DNA from: Octopus bimaculoides
Lineage: Eukaryota
Direction of reading: 5' to 3'
Length of the DNA: 64,000 bases
NCBI RefSeq assembly: GCF_001194135.2
Contig: NC_068981.1
Span: 169,306,042-169,370,041, forward strand
Positions within the stretch are counted from its first letter, which is position 1; every line of letters starts with the position of its first letter. The notes under the pieces are model-generated. The model did no database searches and had not been told where the DNA came from. It was given only the letters and a program-made list of their open reading frames with translations. A program made the translations under genes and the position numbers. This document shows positions 1-13,200 of the stretch, piece by piece.

Positions 1-155
1 CATAATTTTCTTATGGTTTCATAAACATTCTCTAGAGCAACACTATGTACAAATCGAAATATATGGTACCCTAGGCAGAACACCTACATGAACTTCTAAC
101 TTGTTGTCTCTTGAGGTCTCTGGGTGAGACTTGGATCCAACTTGTACAAATGCAA

Positions 156-173
156 ACCAAAAGTCAAACATAA

Positions 174-229
<56 letters not shown>

Positions 230-240
230 TGATGATGATG
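156..240 (+). repeat. (AAT)n microsatellite grading into (GAT)n
   Basis: About 23 perfect ATA/AAT units followed by gat units; this is the source of the poly-I/Y/M ORFs in the track. Confidence 0.95.
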
Positions 241-1047
241 GTGATGAGGAAGCTGCTGCTGCTGATGATGATGGCGACAATAGTCATCCTGCCTATTATA
301 GGTACACCCCTGTAATTGACAACTATCTAATTTTTTCGTCCCTGAAAGAATAAAAGGCATAGTCCACCTCAGCGGAAGTTGAACTCAGACGGAATGCATA
401 TGAATGCATATGCTTACATCTTTTTTGTATGTATATGTGCATGTGCATGTGAAAGAGAGAGGGTGACTGAGTGAGTGACTGTATTTCCTCATAACATATA
501 CAGAAATGGATGTCTTTTAATGAAAATTTTTTGTTGTGGTTTATTTTAATGAAATATTCATAAATGTTTGTCTGAGTAGAATTCTACGTATACGTGAAAC
601 ATCGGACGAAAATGAAACATTATATGCAAATCGAAATATTGCGCGAAAATGACCTCAAAATTATGCGACGCGACCTCGTTTCCAAAGTTATTTTAGGAGT
701 TGTGCCAAAAAAAAAAAACATAGTTTATTTTGTAGATAGATGATAAGCAGCTTTTCTTATTATAGTACAGATGTGACTAATTCGGAAAAACATTATTTTC
801 ATTATTCCCACATCGTCACTCTCGTAATGCAACACTTTGTAATTTTGGTTCAAAATGAAATTGCAAAACCTGGTCGTTGAATAGCAGTGAATTTCAAATA
901 ACTATAGCTGGTTGTTGAGATAACGTAGAAAATATGTAAATGAAAATGAAGTTTATTTGGTAGTCGAAATATTACTGAATCTTTTAATACCCCATACGTC
1001 AAAATCGGCAACTCGGTTTTCGAATGCATAAGGAACATACGTTCGTA

Positions 1048-1080
<33 letters not shown>

Positions 1081-1387
1081 NNNNNNNNNNNNNNNNNNNN
1101 NNNNNNNNNNNNNNNNNNNNNNNNNNNNNNNNNNNNNNNNNNNNNNNNNNNNNNNNNNNNNNNNNNNNNNNNNNNCACACACACACACACACATGCACAC
1201 ACACACACATACACACACAAACTCTCTTTTATATATATAATGTTTTGATAACGAAGTACTACGTATTACAAATCATTAATGTTTACATATCAACCCTCAG
1301 GAATGCATCTAATATGTAAATTGGTACATCCAAAAGCTTAACATCACTGTATGCGGTGGCTTTATAAGCAATGTGTTCGGAGGCAAT

Positions 1388-1457
1388 AATGGGTTAAATG
1401 AATGCTGATGAAGGGGCAACAAACCCCGAAATATGGCATATACACTCGTTACCCATT
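1388..1457 (+). ncRNA. Minimal type I hammerhead ribozyme motif (Penelope pLTR-type), partly decayed
   Basis: CTGATGA 1405-1411; stem II GGGG-caacaaa-CCCC 1413-1427; GAAA 1428-1431; short stem III TATG-g-CATA; then UH (TA, 1441-1442). Stem I aatgggt..aatgaatg pairs with cactcgtt-acccatt with one mismatch, one wobble and a small bulge. Confidence 0.75.
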
Positions 1458-1559
1458 TTTGTCCTCGATCACATTGTTTACATTTGACGTCTCGATACGA
1501 AACTTTGTAGCAAAAAAAAACAACAACAAAAAAAAAAACTATAGAATAACCTTAATAAA

Positions 1560-1762
1560 ATACTGATATATAAGATACAGAAAATAACACTATTAGGCAC
1601 CGCACATATCCTACGTAAAATACTTTCAATACAGTGAAAGTAAGATCACCACAACAAACCACGGCACATGCCTAAGGCTCATAGAGCTGCGCTCGGTAGT
1701 GCTGTGAGAGCACGTGATAAAAATAAGACTACTGAATAACAACAACAACAATAATAATAATT
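1560..1762 (+). mobile_element. 3' end of R4/Dong-like RLE non-LTR retrotransposon, family 1
   Basis: Translates as IQKITLLGTAHILRKILSIQ*, the QK..LLGTA.ILRK C-terminal motif of R4-clade ORFs. Followed by a 3'UTR and an (AAC/AAT)n tail. Closely similar to 32454-32625. Confidence 0.8.
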
Positions 1763-1765
1763 ATA

Positions 1766-2050
1766 AAGAATGAAGGCGAAAAATACAACCCGGCTAATGA
1801 AAATGAAGACGGTGAAGATAGTTCCAATTATTGTTGGGTTTCTGGGGACAGCATCAGAAGGCACCAAGGGGAATATAAAATAAATTAGAATAGAGTGCCC
1901 AGTAGAACTGTCACAAAAGGTTTCCTTCCTACAAAAAGTATTAGATAGTTGAAAAGAACAGATAACATGGTAACGTAGGCTGCAGACTGCAAACTCACTA
2001 CGCATGCAATGCTTCAGGAGTTGAACAAAACTTGAGATAACAAAAAAAAT
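1766..2050 (+). mobile_element. 3' end of a second R4/Dong-like RLE retrotransposon, family 2
   Basis: MKMKTVKIVPIIVGFLGTASEGTKGNIK*IRIECPVELSQKVSFLQKVLDS* matches the V.PIVVGALG...LQK..L post-endonuclease motif, with one stop and a small deletion. Begins directly after the AAT tail of the family 1 copy. Confidence 0.7.
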
Positions 2051-4019
2051 GACCATATTTCTTTAAGGGTTCAAGTGCAGGTGCAGTGCCTATCTGAATT
2101 GATATTTCTGTATTATTTTGTACCTGTTCATAAGTTCTATAATATACCATTTACAAAACTTCACCAGAGAATGTAGCAATCAAGCAAGACGAAATATAGA
2201 TATATCTGTCCGCGTTACTGTCGCTCAGAACATTACACAGATGGTATTCTAAACACAGTTGTCACTTCCAAAATTAAAGAAGATATACATGCATGCATAC
2301 ATACATATATACATATGTGTGTGTCTGTGTGTGTGTGTATACGTACAAACATATATACATACATATATACAGACATATAGACGTATGTATACATATCTAT
2401 AAATCAAACGTCTTCATATATCTTCATAAATTCCGATGCCGTCAGTGGTTTGGATAATAAAATATAGCCAAGAGTTCATATGGCGTTTATAAAATCAGCA
2501 GGATTCTTTCTTCAATACAATTTGCTGATGATGTCAGTGACATTTTAATATTCTCACCTTAAGTTAGAATCAAAATATCTTTAAATTATTGATTTCATTC
2601 AGCTGAATAATGTAGCTTTCTTTCGGTTTGTGAATATTACCATATATTTCATTAATCAGTAATGCAATTTACCTAGGGATCTAGATAACCCTGTAACCCA
2701 TTGTATACTCGAAACTGTTTTATTTCTTCTGAATATTATACTTTTTCCTGCACTATTTTAATACTTTGGGTTAATCAACAAGTCAGCATGTTTAGTTAAG
2801 GAACTTCATGCGTATTTATAACAACACTTAATTTCATACAGAAAAAAAAATACCCTCAGTATCATTTGTAAGTAAAAGAACACCTACTAGGATTCTTTCC
2901 AAGTTATCTTCGTTCGCAAAACGTGATTGTTATCAATGTTACGTTAATTCCATCTTTATTCACGTTGCGTACAAGAGAGTTCTTAAATTCAATTTAAATC
3001 CGTTGGAGAGACTCAGAATACCAATGAAGGAAGATATATGTAATCATACGATCATTGCCCTCGGGCGGCATGTAAATTTCAAGTCCTATAGAATGCACAA
3101 ACTGCTGTGCACACTTTTTGAATAATATTTTCATTGTTTGATCATATATATACACACNNNNNNNNNNNNNNNNNNNNNNNNNNNNNNNNNNNNNNNNNNN
3201 NNNNNNNNNNNNNNNNNNNNNNNNNNNNNNNNNNNNNNNNNNNNNNNNNNNNNNNNNNNNNNATATATATATATATAGGTAGATAGAGAGATAGATAGAT
3301 AGATAGATAGATAGATAACATAGTAAAGGTGTAAGGTACCGCACGAGTGCAAATATATATGAAAGAACGTTTGAAAATGCAATTTTAGAGATGTTTATTC
3401 ACTTGACCGGTTTCATTAATTTAGAAAATGATTGTGAAAAGTAAAAGCTCTGTATGGGCTGTGTTGTGTTAAGTACTGGTTATCACAAAAGTGCTGAAAA
3501 CAGAAATACATTCTTTGATAATAATAAGAAAATGTTAAAAACAATTTACAAGAAAGTATTTGAGAAAGTAACGGGACTCGAAAAAGTTGAGATCAATAAA
3601 AATCATGTTTGCTTGGTAGTACATATATACACAGAAGGAGATATATTTAAGAATTTACAAAAAATTGTAGAAGAATAACTGACCTTTCTGACATTTTCTC
3701 TTGTGTGAAGCTAAGGAATGTTTGCTATCTTAAGGGACAGTGTGGGAGGTTGGTTGGGGGAGACAGAGCAATGTAGAATTAAAGTGACTTTTTTGTTTCT
3801 GGGCTAGTTGTCATGGTTCAATGGTTTTTGGGACTAGTCTTAGAGGTCAGAATGCTGTGAGTGTTTGTGTCTTTGTGCACGTCTCTATGTGTGTGTGTAT
3901 ATATACATGTGCATGTATTTTATATTTGGTAGGATGGTGTGAGCATATTCGTGCACGTTTGTGTGTGTGTATGTGTGTGAGTAGCCTTTGTCAGGGTGTT
4001 GTGTGTGCACATGTGATGT

Positions 4020-5010
4020 CATGATTGCTTCGTAACTCATAGATGAAGAAAAGGGAATGGGAAACCATCTATGAGTTACGAGACAATCATGACATCACAA
4101 TCAACGAAGCAGATAAGGGCAGCACTGTCGTGATTATGGATACTGAACAATATAAAAACTCTGTATCGCATCTCTTACAAAATACTACCTACTATGAAAG
4201 AGTAGTCAACTACCAACAATCAAGAACAATGACCAAATTAAACACACTCATTTTCCAACATCAAAATAACTTAAGAGCAAAGGAATGCGACTAACTAACA
4301 AACTTTAATTGTAAAACTAACATCCTCTACGGACTTCCCAAAATCCATAAGAGCAAAATTATTACCGAAGCTCGCAAAAAGTCCACTTCAACCTGCATCA
4401 CTGTAGCACATCCCATTGATCTCAAACTGAGACCAATTGGCAGGCCCAAACTGTGAAGCACACAGATTAAGCAACTTTATCGATATCCTCTTCAAACCAA
4501 TACTTAAACACATACCAAGTATTGTAAGAGATGACCTGGACCTACTAAATCCTCTTCCCAAACATACCAATAAAGACATTTTCATTGTCTCCTTTGATGT
4601 AATAAAACTTTACACTACGATCCACATCAATATGGGCTGGAAGCCACTAAATTCTGGCTAGAAAAATACCCCAATGAGGTCCCGAAAAGAATAAAAAAAG
4701 AATTCATCATCGAAGGCCTTAAGTTTATCCCCCCAAAAAACATTTTGAATTTTAATAATAACACCTACAGACAGGTATCAGGGACTTCAATGAGTACTAA
4801 AGTTACCTCTGCATACCTGGTGATGGCCTACCTAGAATTACAAATTTATGAGGAATCCAAATCTAAATACGGCCTGTCTTCCCATAAATACCTGTTGGAG
4901 AATTGGAAACTCTACTTGGATGATTGCCTCATCTTATGCTCCCACACACTCGACCAACTCATTGATTTCAAAAACTTAATCAACAGGGTCAACAACCATA
5001 TAAATTTAAT
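4020..5010 (+). pseudogene. Penelope-like element reverse transcriptase, disrupted
   Basis: PLE RT motifs occur in order: EADKGSTVVIMD, LYGLPKIHK, LRPI(V)AGP, SFDV..LYT.I, RQVSGTSM, W..YLDD. There is an in-frame TAA at 4292-4294 and frameshifts near 4437, 4622 and 4740. The copy is truncated before any endonuclease domain. Confidence 0.9.
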
Positions 5011-5039
5011 AGTCTTATTCAAAAATACTGACCACAACT

Positions 5040-5827
5040 CAACATACTCTAACATACCGCACCCCAGGTACACACTCAAAACAAACACACACAAAAACAC
5101 ATACATATGTGCAAAATCACACACGCATAAAAACAATGAAAAACCTCCCACGCAAACACACATACCTACACACACACGCACAAACACAATATCCCCACAC
5201 TAGAGCACAAAGCCACACACATTTCAAGAATAAACGCATATATATATATATACACTTGCAATACGATTCTAGCAACCATAACCAACACTCACACACACAT
5301 ACACACATACGTAAACACGTACATGCACACACCTACATATACCACCCTGACAATCACAAATCACATTCACACAAACACACCCACACATACACAGATACAC
5401 ACACAAACGCGCAAATACAACCCCCCCACACACACACGCATATATGCTCACATATGTACACNNNNNNNNNNCCACACACACACGCATATATGCTCACATA
5501 TGTACACACACACACACACAAATACAATACGCCTGTTCCCCAGTAAAAAATCGCACATACACTCAAAAAGAAAAAAAAACACATATACACAATACAATCC
5601 CAACAATCACAACAAACACTCACATACATACGTACACAAAAGCATGCACATATACAATGACATACACCTCCCTGATAAATACACGATATAGACACATTCA
5701 CACAAATACACCCACACGTATACACACACACTGCACTAACAATACACACAAAGCAAATCACTCACAAATACAGCACAAACACACACATGTACACCCCCAC
5801 GGAAAACTACATAAACCATGCCTACAT

Positions 5828-5911
<84 letters not shown>

Positions 5912-6560
5912 GCGCATACCCAGTACCAACGTGCACAGAACGTACACGCACACACATAGACACCACCCGGATAAACCCAAGGCACACGGACACACACAAA
6001 ACCCCTGATAAATACAACACACTCACACACATACACACCCATACATACCGACACACACACATACCGACACACACATACATTTGCACCCTCACACATACGG
6101 TAGCGTACACACACACACACACCACCAGGACAATTATAACAACATAAACATACTCAGACGGAGACACACACACACACACACACACACTCACGTACACTCA
6201 CACTCACGTACACACACACGCACGTACACGCATATAACATCCCCACCAACACAAAGACAATCATACACACGCACTCACACAGACGCACACATACACACAC
6301 GCGAACAAACAATACACACATGCGCACACACAATTCCCAGATAAATGCTATTCACACACATACACACACCACCNNNNNNNNNNCCCAGATAAATGCTATT
6401 CACACACATACACACACCACCAAACAATTATAACAACACATACATACTCAGACAGAGACACACACACACACTCACGTGCTCACACATAACATCCCCACCA
6501 AAGCAAAACACACAAACATACACACGCACACACAGACGCACACATACACACATAAATGTG
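5040..6560 (+). repeat. Degenerate CA-rich compound micro/minisatellite
   Basis: Perfect (CA)n at 5833-5909. Blocks 6131-6300 and 6425-6550 are imperfect duplicates, and a CCNGATAAA motif recurs. This is the source of the HT/VC ORFs. Confidence 0.9.
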
Positions 6561-8837
6561 TATATTTACATGTGCTTGTATGTATATTCGATATCGGATT
6601 AGGAATGCTCATGACACCGATGTATGAATATACTCTCGACCGAGGAGGAAAATTAAGTATTGAACTACCCATCGATGATCGTATATCAACTATTGTATAT
6701 TATCCACAACGACATCTTCTCTCGGCACTGTTTATGTAACTTTCGACAAACGTTAGCAGAATAAACGGGTGTGTTCAACTGGAGATCAAGGTTTATCAAT
6801 CCCATCTGTTCGACTTACCAATCAATGAATCGTATGAAAGGTCTCTGTTCTTGAATATAATATCAGATATGCAACACCCCTTTCAAGTTAAGCTCATATT
6901 ACATTGATTTACAGCATCATTATACCCGGTTGTGTGTGACCAACATATTTTCAGTTATATACATGTATATTTTTATACAAATACCATAAAATTTGAAGTC
7001 GAGTATTATAGGAATAGGAGTTTCTTGTCAATTTCCAGTGCATTAAGCAACGAGAAATCTTACGGAAAGATTATCACTCCGCTTTTGTTGCTGCTCTTAC
7101 TTTTCCCAGGTCATCCTTGATCGAATAGGCCTATAATAAAATGCAGCCCGTTCACATTGATCCCGGATTCTTGTAGATATATCACTCCTAGGAATGACTA
7201 CATTGTACAATGTATCATTGACTTTGTAAAACGGCTAGGTGTGATTTGAGGGAGAATTGGGTGTTAATTCGTGCAGGTCGAATATGTCAGGTGTATGCTT
7301 TGAAGTCCACTCATTGGCTCACCAGTTATATCTTGCTGGTCGAGCGATCGAGTTGACTAGTTACCAACTCCTATTAACTCTACATGTGCATATCATTAGT
7401 GAACCACGTACTCTGTACACACATGGCCTGATGTTCAGAGTTTTGGGCTCATGACCGCAAGAGCGCGTATTCAGTGTGTTCAAGTGCGATACAATTCAAT
7501 CCACGTTGTTCTAGCTTACTGAGCTCTAATGACTACAAGCCCAGTGCTGTTGAAGCCGTATTTCCCTCCTACTGTCACTTTTTAGATGTTCCGGTCGGTC
7601 AAAGGTGGTGGAAGTCATGAGGTTGGCTATGCCTGTTCACGACTTCATAAGCAGCTCGAACAAAGCATGGTACATGGGTTTGCTAATTGCTTAAGGACTG
7701 CCTGAATTTGTATGTACTATAGTTTTCTGCAAAATATAATTCACTATTCACTGGAATATTGATTAACTAGAATACTGAGTGAAGATAAACCACAATTCAT
7801 AAAATCTAAAGCCTCCTAATATCTGTCAAATCTGTTTGGGTAAACTTCTGATTGAAATGCAAGGTAGGGTAGATTTTCCTAAGAGAATACTAGCTCTACC
7901 TTCTGTTGAAAATGTGCTCTGAGCAAAAACGTGCTCTGAGTATTACAATTACATATAATTTTTCGTTTCCTCGTTTTAAATTGTAGTCTCGATTTTATTC
8001 CCAAGGAGCCATTTTAATCTATTTGACAAACTAGACAAGTATGCAGCAATAAACACAATGGAAACGTCACTCTTATAATTTAAACTTTCGAAAATCTTCA
8101 GATTGTGTTGTTACGCTCCCATTAGAAATCAATCATCGATTTTTTTTTACATGTGAATTTAAAATCATGAAGCATAATTCGTCTCTCCCTCTATAACGTT
8201 TAGGTGGCGAGACATTATTTTTTCAATGTTCACTGCCCATTGACCCCTCTCTTTCTTCATATCTCTTTTTTCTCTCGCCTCCTTCCCCCTCACTCTCTCT
8301 CCCGTTTTGGCGTGTCGAAATATGAAAGCCTATTGAAGTAAAATTGACTGCAATACTTGTTCGGTTTTACTTTGTTTCTCTTCGCATTATATCGATGCAT
8401 AATTATTATGACACTATAAAATATGCGATGTGCTAACATTTTCAAATTTATACCTTCTCTGTATTTTATATCATTTCCAACCTTTCCTCTCCTATTCTTT
8501 GCTCTTCCTAGTAACCACAACAATTTTTTTAAAAATGAGGTGTTTACGACAAATTCTTTCCTCTCTTGAAATAATAATCCAGATGAGAATATTTCTCCCT
8601 CACTGTCTGCCTGTCAGTCTGTCTGTGTCTCGCCTCTATAGGATAGGATGCTAATTCAACTGAAGTTAACTTTCTAAGAACAAAGCTGTACCTAATCTGC
8701 AAATGAGAAAAAATCGGATTAAGCATAATGAGATGTCTTGCTCTCAATCTAATATAAGAGCAGCATCTGATGTATAATCATCTACTTAGTCGAAATGAAG
8801 TTGTATATAATTAAGATATCGGCAAAATTGTAATGAA

Positions 8838-9376
8838 GCAGGCATGGGTGTAAGGTTAAAAAGATTGCATTAAAATCACATGATTTTTGAGTTCAATACT
8901 ATTGAGAGGCGCCTTATGCAATTGAATTCTACTATAACTCCGGGCCGACAAATGCCTTGTGTTCGAATTCGGTTGAGAGAAATTGTATGGAAATCCGTCG
9001 CATACGCACACGTACACTCATATATACACGCACGCAAACACACATACACATAATAAAATAAAAAATATGTCGTAAAATATAATTGGGTACTTGAAAAGAT
9101 ATGCACCAGGTAGGGTGTGCTGTAATGAGCTGACAATTATTCATCGTCTGTTATTATTCATTTGATTATATATATGGGTGAGTCTGTGTTTGTGTTTGTC
9201 TCCCTCGACCGCTTGACAACCAGGTTTGATTTGTATACGATACCATTCCTTAGCATCTCGGCAAGTTACTCGGAGTAAGTACAAGGCTTAAAAATAAGTA
9301 CTGGGATGATTTGTACCACTAAATACTTGAAGGCGGTGCTTCAGCATAGCTGCAGTCCAACTAAACGATAAAAGAT
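8838..9376 (+). mobile_element. tRNA-derived SINE family A, old interrupted copy
   Basis: Head gcaggcatgggtg.., ccgggccgacaaatgccttgtg, internal CA/TA repeat, gcttgacaacc, tail ggcggtgcttcagcatagctgcagtc. Homologous to 34634-35127. Confidence 0.7.
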
Positions 9377-10209
9377 ATGTAACAGACTGAAATTAATATA
9401 AATGCTTAAAATGACGTATACAAAACTGACGCTTATGAAAGAGACACATACAATACGTATATAAAACGGACATACGACATTGACGTATAGGAAAACAGGC
9501 ATATAAAAAAAATAACACCGACAGATGTATACAATTATAATATAGACAGTAACAGTTAATAGAAGAAATATCACTCATTGAGAAAGATTACTTGTTCATA
9601 AAGGGGGAATTGATGAAGCATTAACAGGAGAAATTACCAGTGGAAAAAAATTATAAAAAATGAAAAAAATAAGAACAGGCGATAAGAATGAAGAAAGAGG
9701 AAAAAAAAAACAGCTTTAGATTTTCAAAGTAATATTAGCATAGTAATAGTAAATGAAAAAAGTAGCTCTAGCGAAATGCGGTCGGTGGTAATATCAGAAT
9801 TATTGGTGGTGGTGGTTAAAGAGTAAAAGGTTCAACGATAATAAGGGGTGAGTGAGAAAAGACCACAAGAACTTAATGAGAGTAGCTACAAGAATAATAG
9901 CGGTAGAAGCAGAAACGACATCAACCTCAGCAACACTAGTAGTAGTAGTGGTGGTGGTGGTGGTGGTGGTGATGATGATGTGGTGGTGGTAGTAAATAAA
10001 GGAAGAGAGGAGAAGGGAGAAAGGAAATGAACAAAAAGAAGATTAAAGCGAGTAAATTAATTCCAACAGTGTAATTCTTCCATAGCAAGTAATTTCAATG
10101 AGCCACTAGTTTAGCTTGCCAAATGTTCGTGCCTGTTAAAAAGGTCAGTATGTTATTTCGATAATGCAGGTTATATTAATTAATAAACGCTGTTTACCAA
10201 GGTCATTCA

Positions 10210-10211
10210 GA

Positions 10212-10261
<50 letters not shown>
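10210..10261 (+). repeat. (TAT)n microsatellite
   Basis: About 17 perfect units. Confidence 0.95.
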
Positions 10262-10262
<1 letters not shown>

Positions 10263-13200
10263 GTGTTGTTTGTGATTGCAATTTGTCGGACTTGCCAATT
10301 TCATTCCCAGACTTCCATGGTCGATTTTGGTCTGTTGAGTCATATTTCTTGTTTATATTTTTATACCCTTAGTGATCTGGCTCAGACGATAATACGCCAC
10401 ACGACAAATTGGAAGCTCCTGCGGTTCGGTTCATCGCTATTATTGTATAGTTTTCAAAGCTAGACGAATTAACATACTTAGGCACAGCGAAGAGGTTATA
10501 AAATTAGCATGCTTCATTCATTTAATGCCTTTAACCAGGTAAGGTAACTTTTTTATGGGATCCGAGACAGGAGGAGGAAGAAGGGTGGATGCTATCTTCA
10601 GACCGGACACCTAATCGAAATGTATGCAATAGAGTGAAGATCGCTAAAAAGTAACCAAGTGAATGTGGTGATGTTAGACCCGCCTTTCCGTCCTACATTC
10701 GTTACCCACATGGAACTTACAAAGCACTTGGATTGAACCTGAGATTACTGGATTCCAAAGTTTACTAAATTCGACGAATATTTTAAAAGAGGAAAGGTTA
10801 TATGTAGTTCTAGATATCTAAACAAAAGACAGAATGTTAACGGCTGGATGCCTTTCATTAGGAGTTTGCTTGGTTGGGTTTGTAACTGCAACCAATAACC
10901 TTTTGACTTTGTTTAGCCTCAAGACAAACATAATAGAACAGACCTATTATAAATGGTATTCCGACTGTGAACATCTTGCAATTCTATTCTTTTTTTTTCA
11001 GTCTGTGTACTACAGTATTCATTGTGTGCTTTATTGCAGCTAGAACGACGATGTAGAAAATCCTTCGATTGTTCGATTTATAATTGTATCGATATACTTG
11101 TACTCTATAACATTGTTCCATATCAAATATATATTAATGATGCCCTACAATGAGTTAATTGTTGTAAACTCCGTGTCGTGCTTTATCTCAACCTCGTGTG
11201 GACAAAGGAACAAACGCACATAAACATACGTAGTTGTGAAGACAACAGACATACAACCACAACCATAAAATGTACTTAAATTAACTGTATAAGACCTAAA
11301 AGCAGCGATAAAATTGTAATATGTTAAAGTGATTGTTTGTTTTATTAGTATGAACAAAGGCAAATACATTATAGGACAGCAGCAAATTTGCCAAAATTAG
11401 GAAACACAATCCTGCATAACTAATAGTTAAATTAAAAAGATTAATTATTGTAGCAAACGTACAAATAAGATCACCATAATATAAATATTTGGGACAGTAA
11501 TGCTTCACAGTGGAATAACCTCCTTCGAACATATAATCTTTTAAATGAACATACAAACACATAGGGTGAATAAACAACAAGACAGAATAATAAAGATGCA
11601 TACACAGGAGAGATATATGGTACGCTCACCAGAGGAATTCCAACGAATTTTACTAGAAGTTGTTATTTTTCAGTATGGAAGTAGAAATTCTCCTTATGTT
11701 TGTTATAACTATGTAGGCATAATATTATAAGGTGTATACGCATCTAACAATAAAAGAAACAAATCTGGCTATAAATATCTTGAGAAAATTCCTCTTGGGT
11801 TGCGCACTTGAGATTCCCTTCTGTTGCTCACAAGTTATTCTATACACCAAAATAGAGAAAATAGCCATGGGCTCATTTATCAAACTTTAACGTGCTGTGA
11901 AACAGGCGTTGAAAATCATGTTATTTATCAACATAATCATTTCACATACGCACTCGAAGGCTTAGTAGATTTGAAGATGATTTCAAAAGTAATTGTATCC
12001 TCAAAATTAGAATGCACCATCGCTAGTTCAAGCTTAAATTAAGACCACGCACCAAACATTCTCAGATATGAATGTAGAGGAAACGGAGGAATGGAACAAG
12101 TCATTAAGTTTCTCTCTATATGGAAAACGAAACCCAATGCTTATGCAGGGGATACGTTACGTATAACATGACTGTTGCCGAATAGTTTCAGAAATAGACA
12201 TTTAATTTTTCATCTATAAAGAGGTTGTTGACTGAAGAAATAGATTAAAAACATTTTAATAAGGATGCACAATCTCATTAATTACAGTAGAATATAATAA
12301 GAGCAAATTCCTCCACACATATACAACCACCAGTAAAATACTCAGAAACCAAATATGCGGCATACTACGTGAGCAAAATCCTTCTAGTAAGAGATTGAAT
12401 ATCTGCGTAATTTTAAAAAAAGTAATCGTGCAAAAGAACACAGCATGTATAATATGTAACCACAAATAAACAGTTAAGTATGTTATAAGCGCCATAATTA
12501 TAAACCTCCTCATCAGTATGAAACTATTTATTTACTTTATACAGAAACTACTAAAGACAACCAATGTATTATACAGTATTTTATTGTAAACATTAAAAAG
12601 AATGTAAATTTCATGATTCCAGCTCTTATGTGAAGTAAACATGTAAGGCACTTTCTCGCCCTTTTGACTATGCATTTACTATGAGAAAACATTATAACAT
12701 GAGAAAACAAACAGAAGAAAGAAATTAGTTGATTACACTAACATCATAAGACGCTTACATAAAACTAGACGATTAGCTATAAAATGTTTACTAATAGGAA
12801 AATATAAATGAGAAAATAACATATAGATAAAACATGTGAATAAAACCCCACGGAGTTAGTGGTTAAGCTACATTAAACCCAGAGATGCTGGTCGAAGTAA
12901 ATGACAGTATTTAAATTAGTATTTTAAAACTTGTACGTTTTTTTAACCCGTTGAATCTCAATTATGTTGAAGTGTCAACTTTTTCATCATTACGACGGCA
13001 ATCGAAATGCACCTATTGGTGTCTCAGATTAAAAACAAGGTACTCCAATAAAGGTTATTGTTATTATTTTTGATGAAACTCTTTCACAGGGTAAACTAAA
13101 TGAACGCATTGTATTGGTTTAGCAATATAGACAATACTAGTAATGTATTTTTTTGCTTTCTCACACACACACACATTCCTGCAACCACACAGTCGTACGA

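Noticed and set aside
3690-3830. Minus-strand stretch (KQKSHF..NQPPTL) possibly an inverted N-terminal piece of the PLE
   Set aside because: Too few conserved residues to support without an alignment to a family consensus.
5430-6420. Direct repeats flanking the 10-N gaps at 5462-5471 and 6374-6383
   Set aside because: The same ~32-36 bp occurs on both sides of each placeholder gap, typical of unmerged overlapping contig ends. Likely an assembly artefact rather than a biological repeat or TSD.
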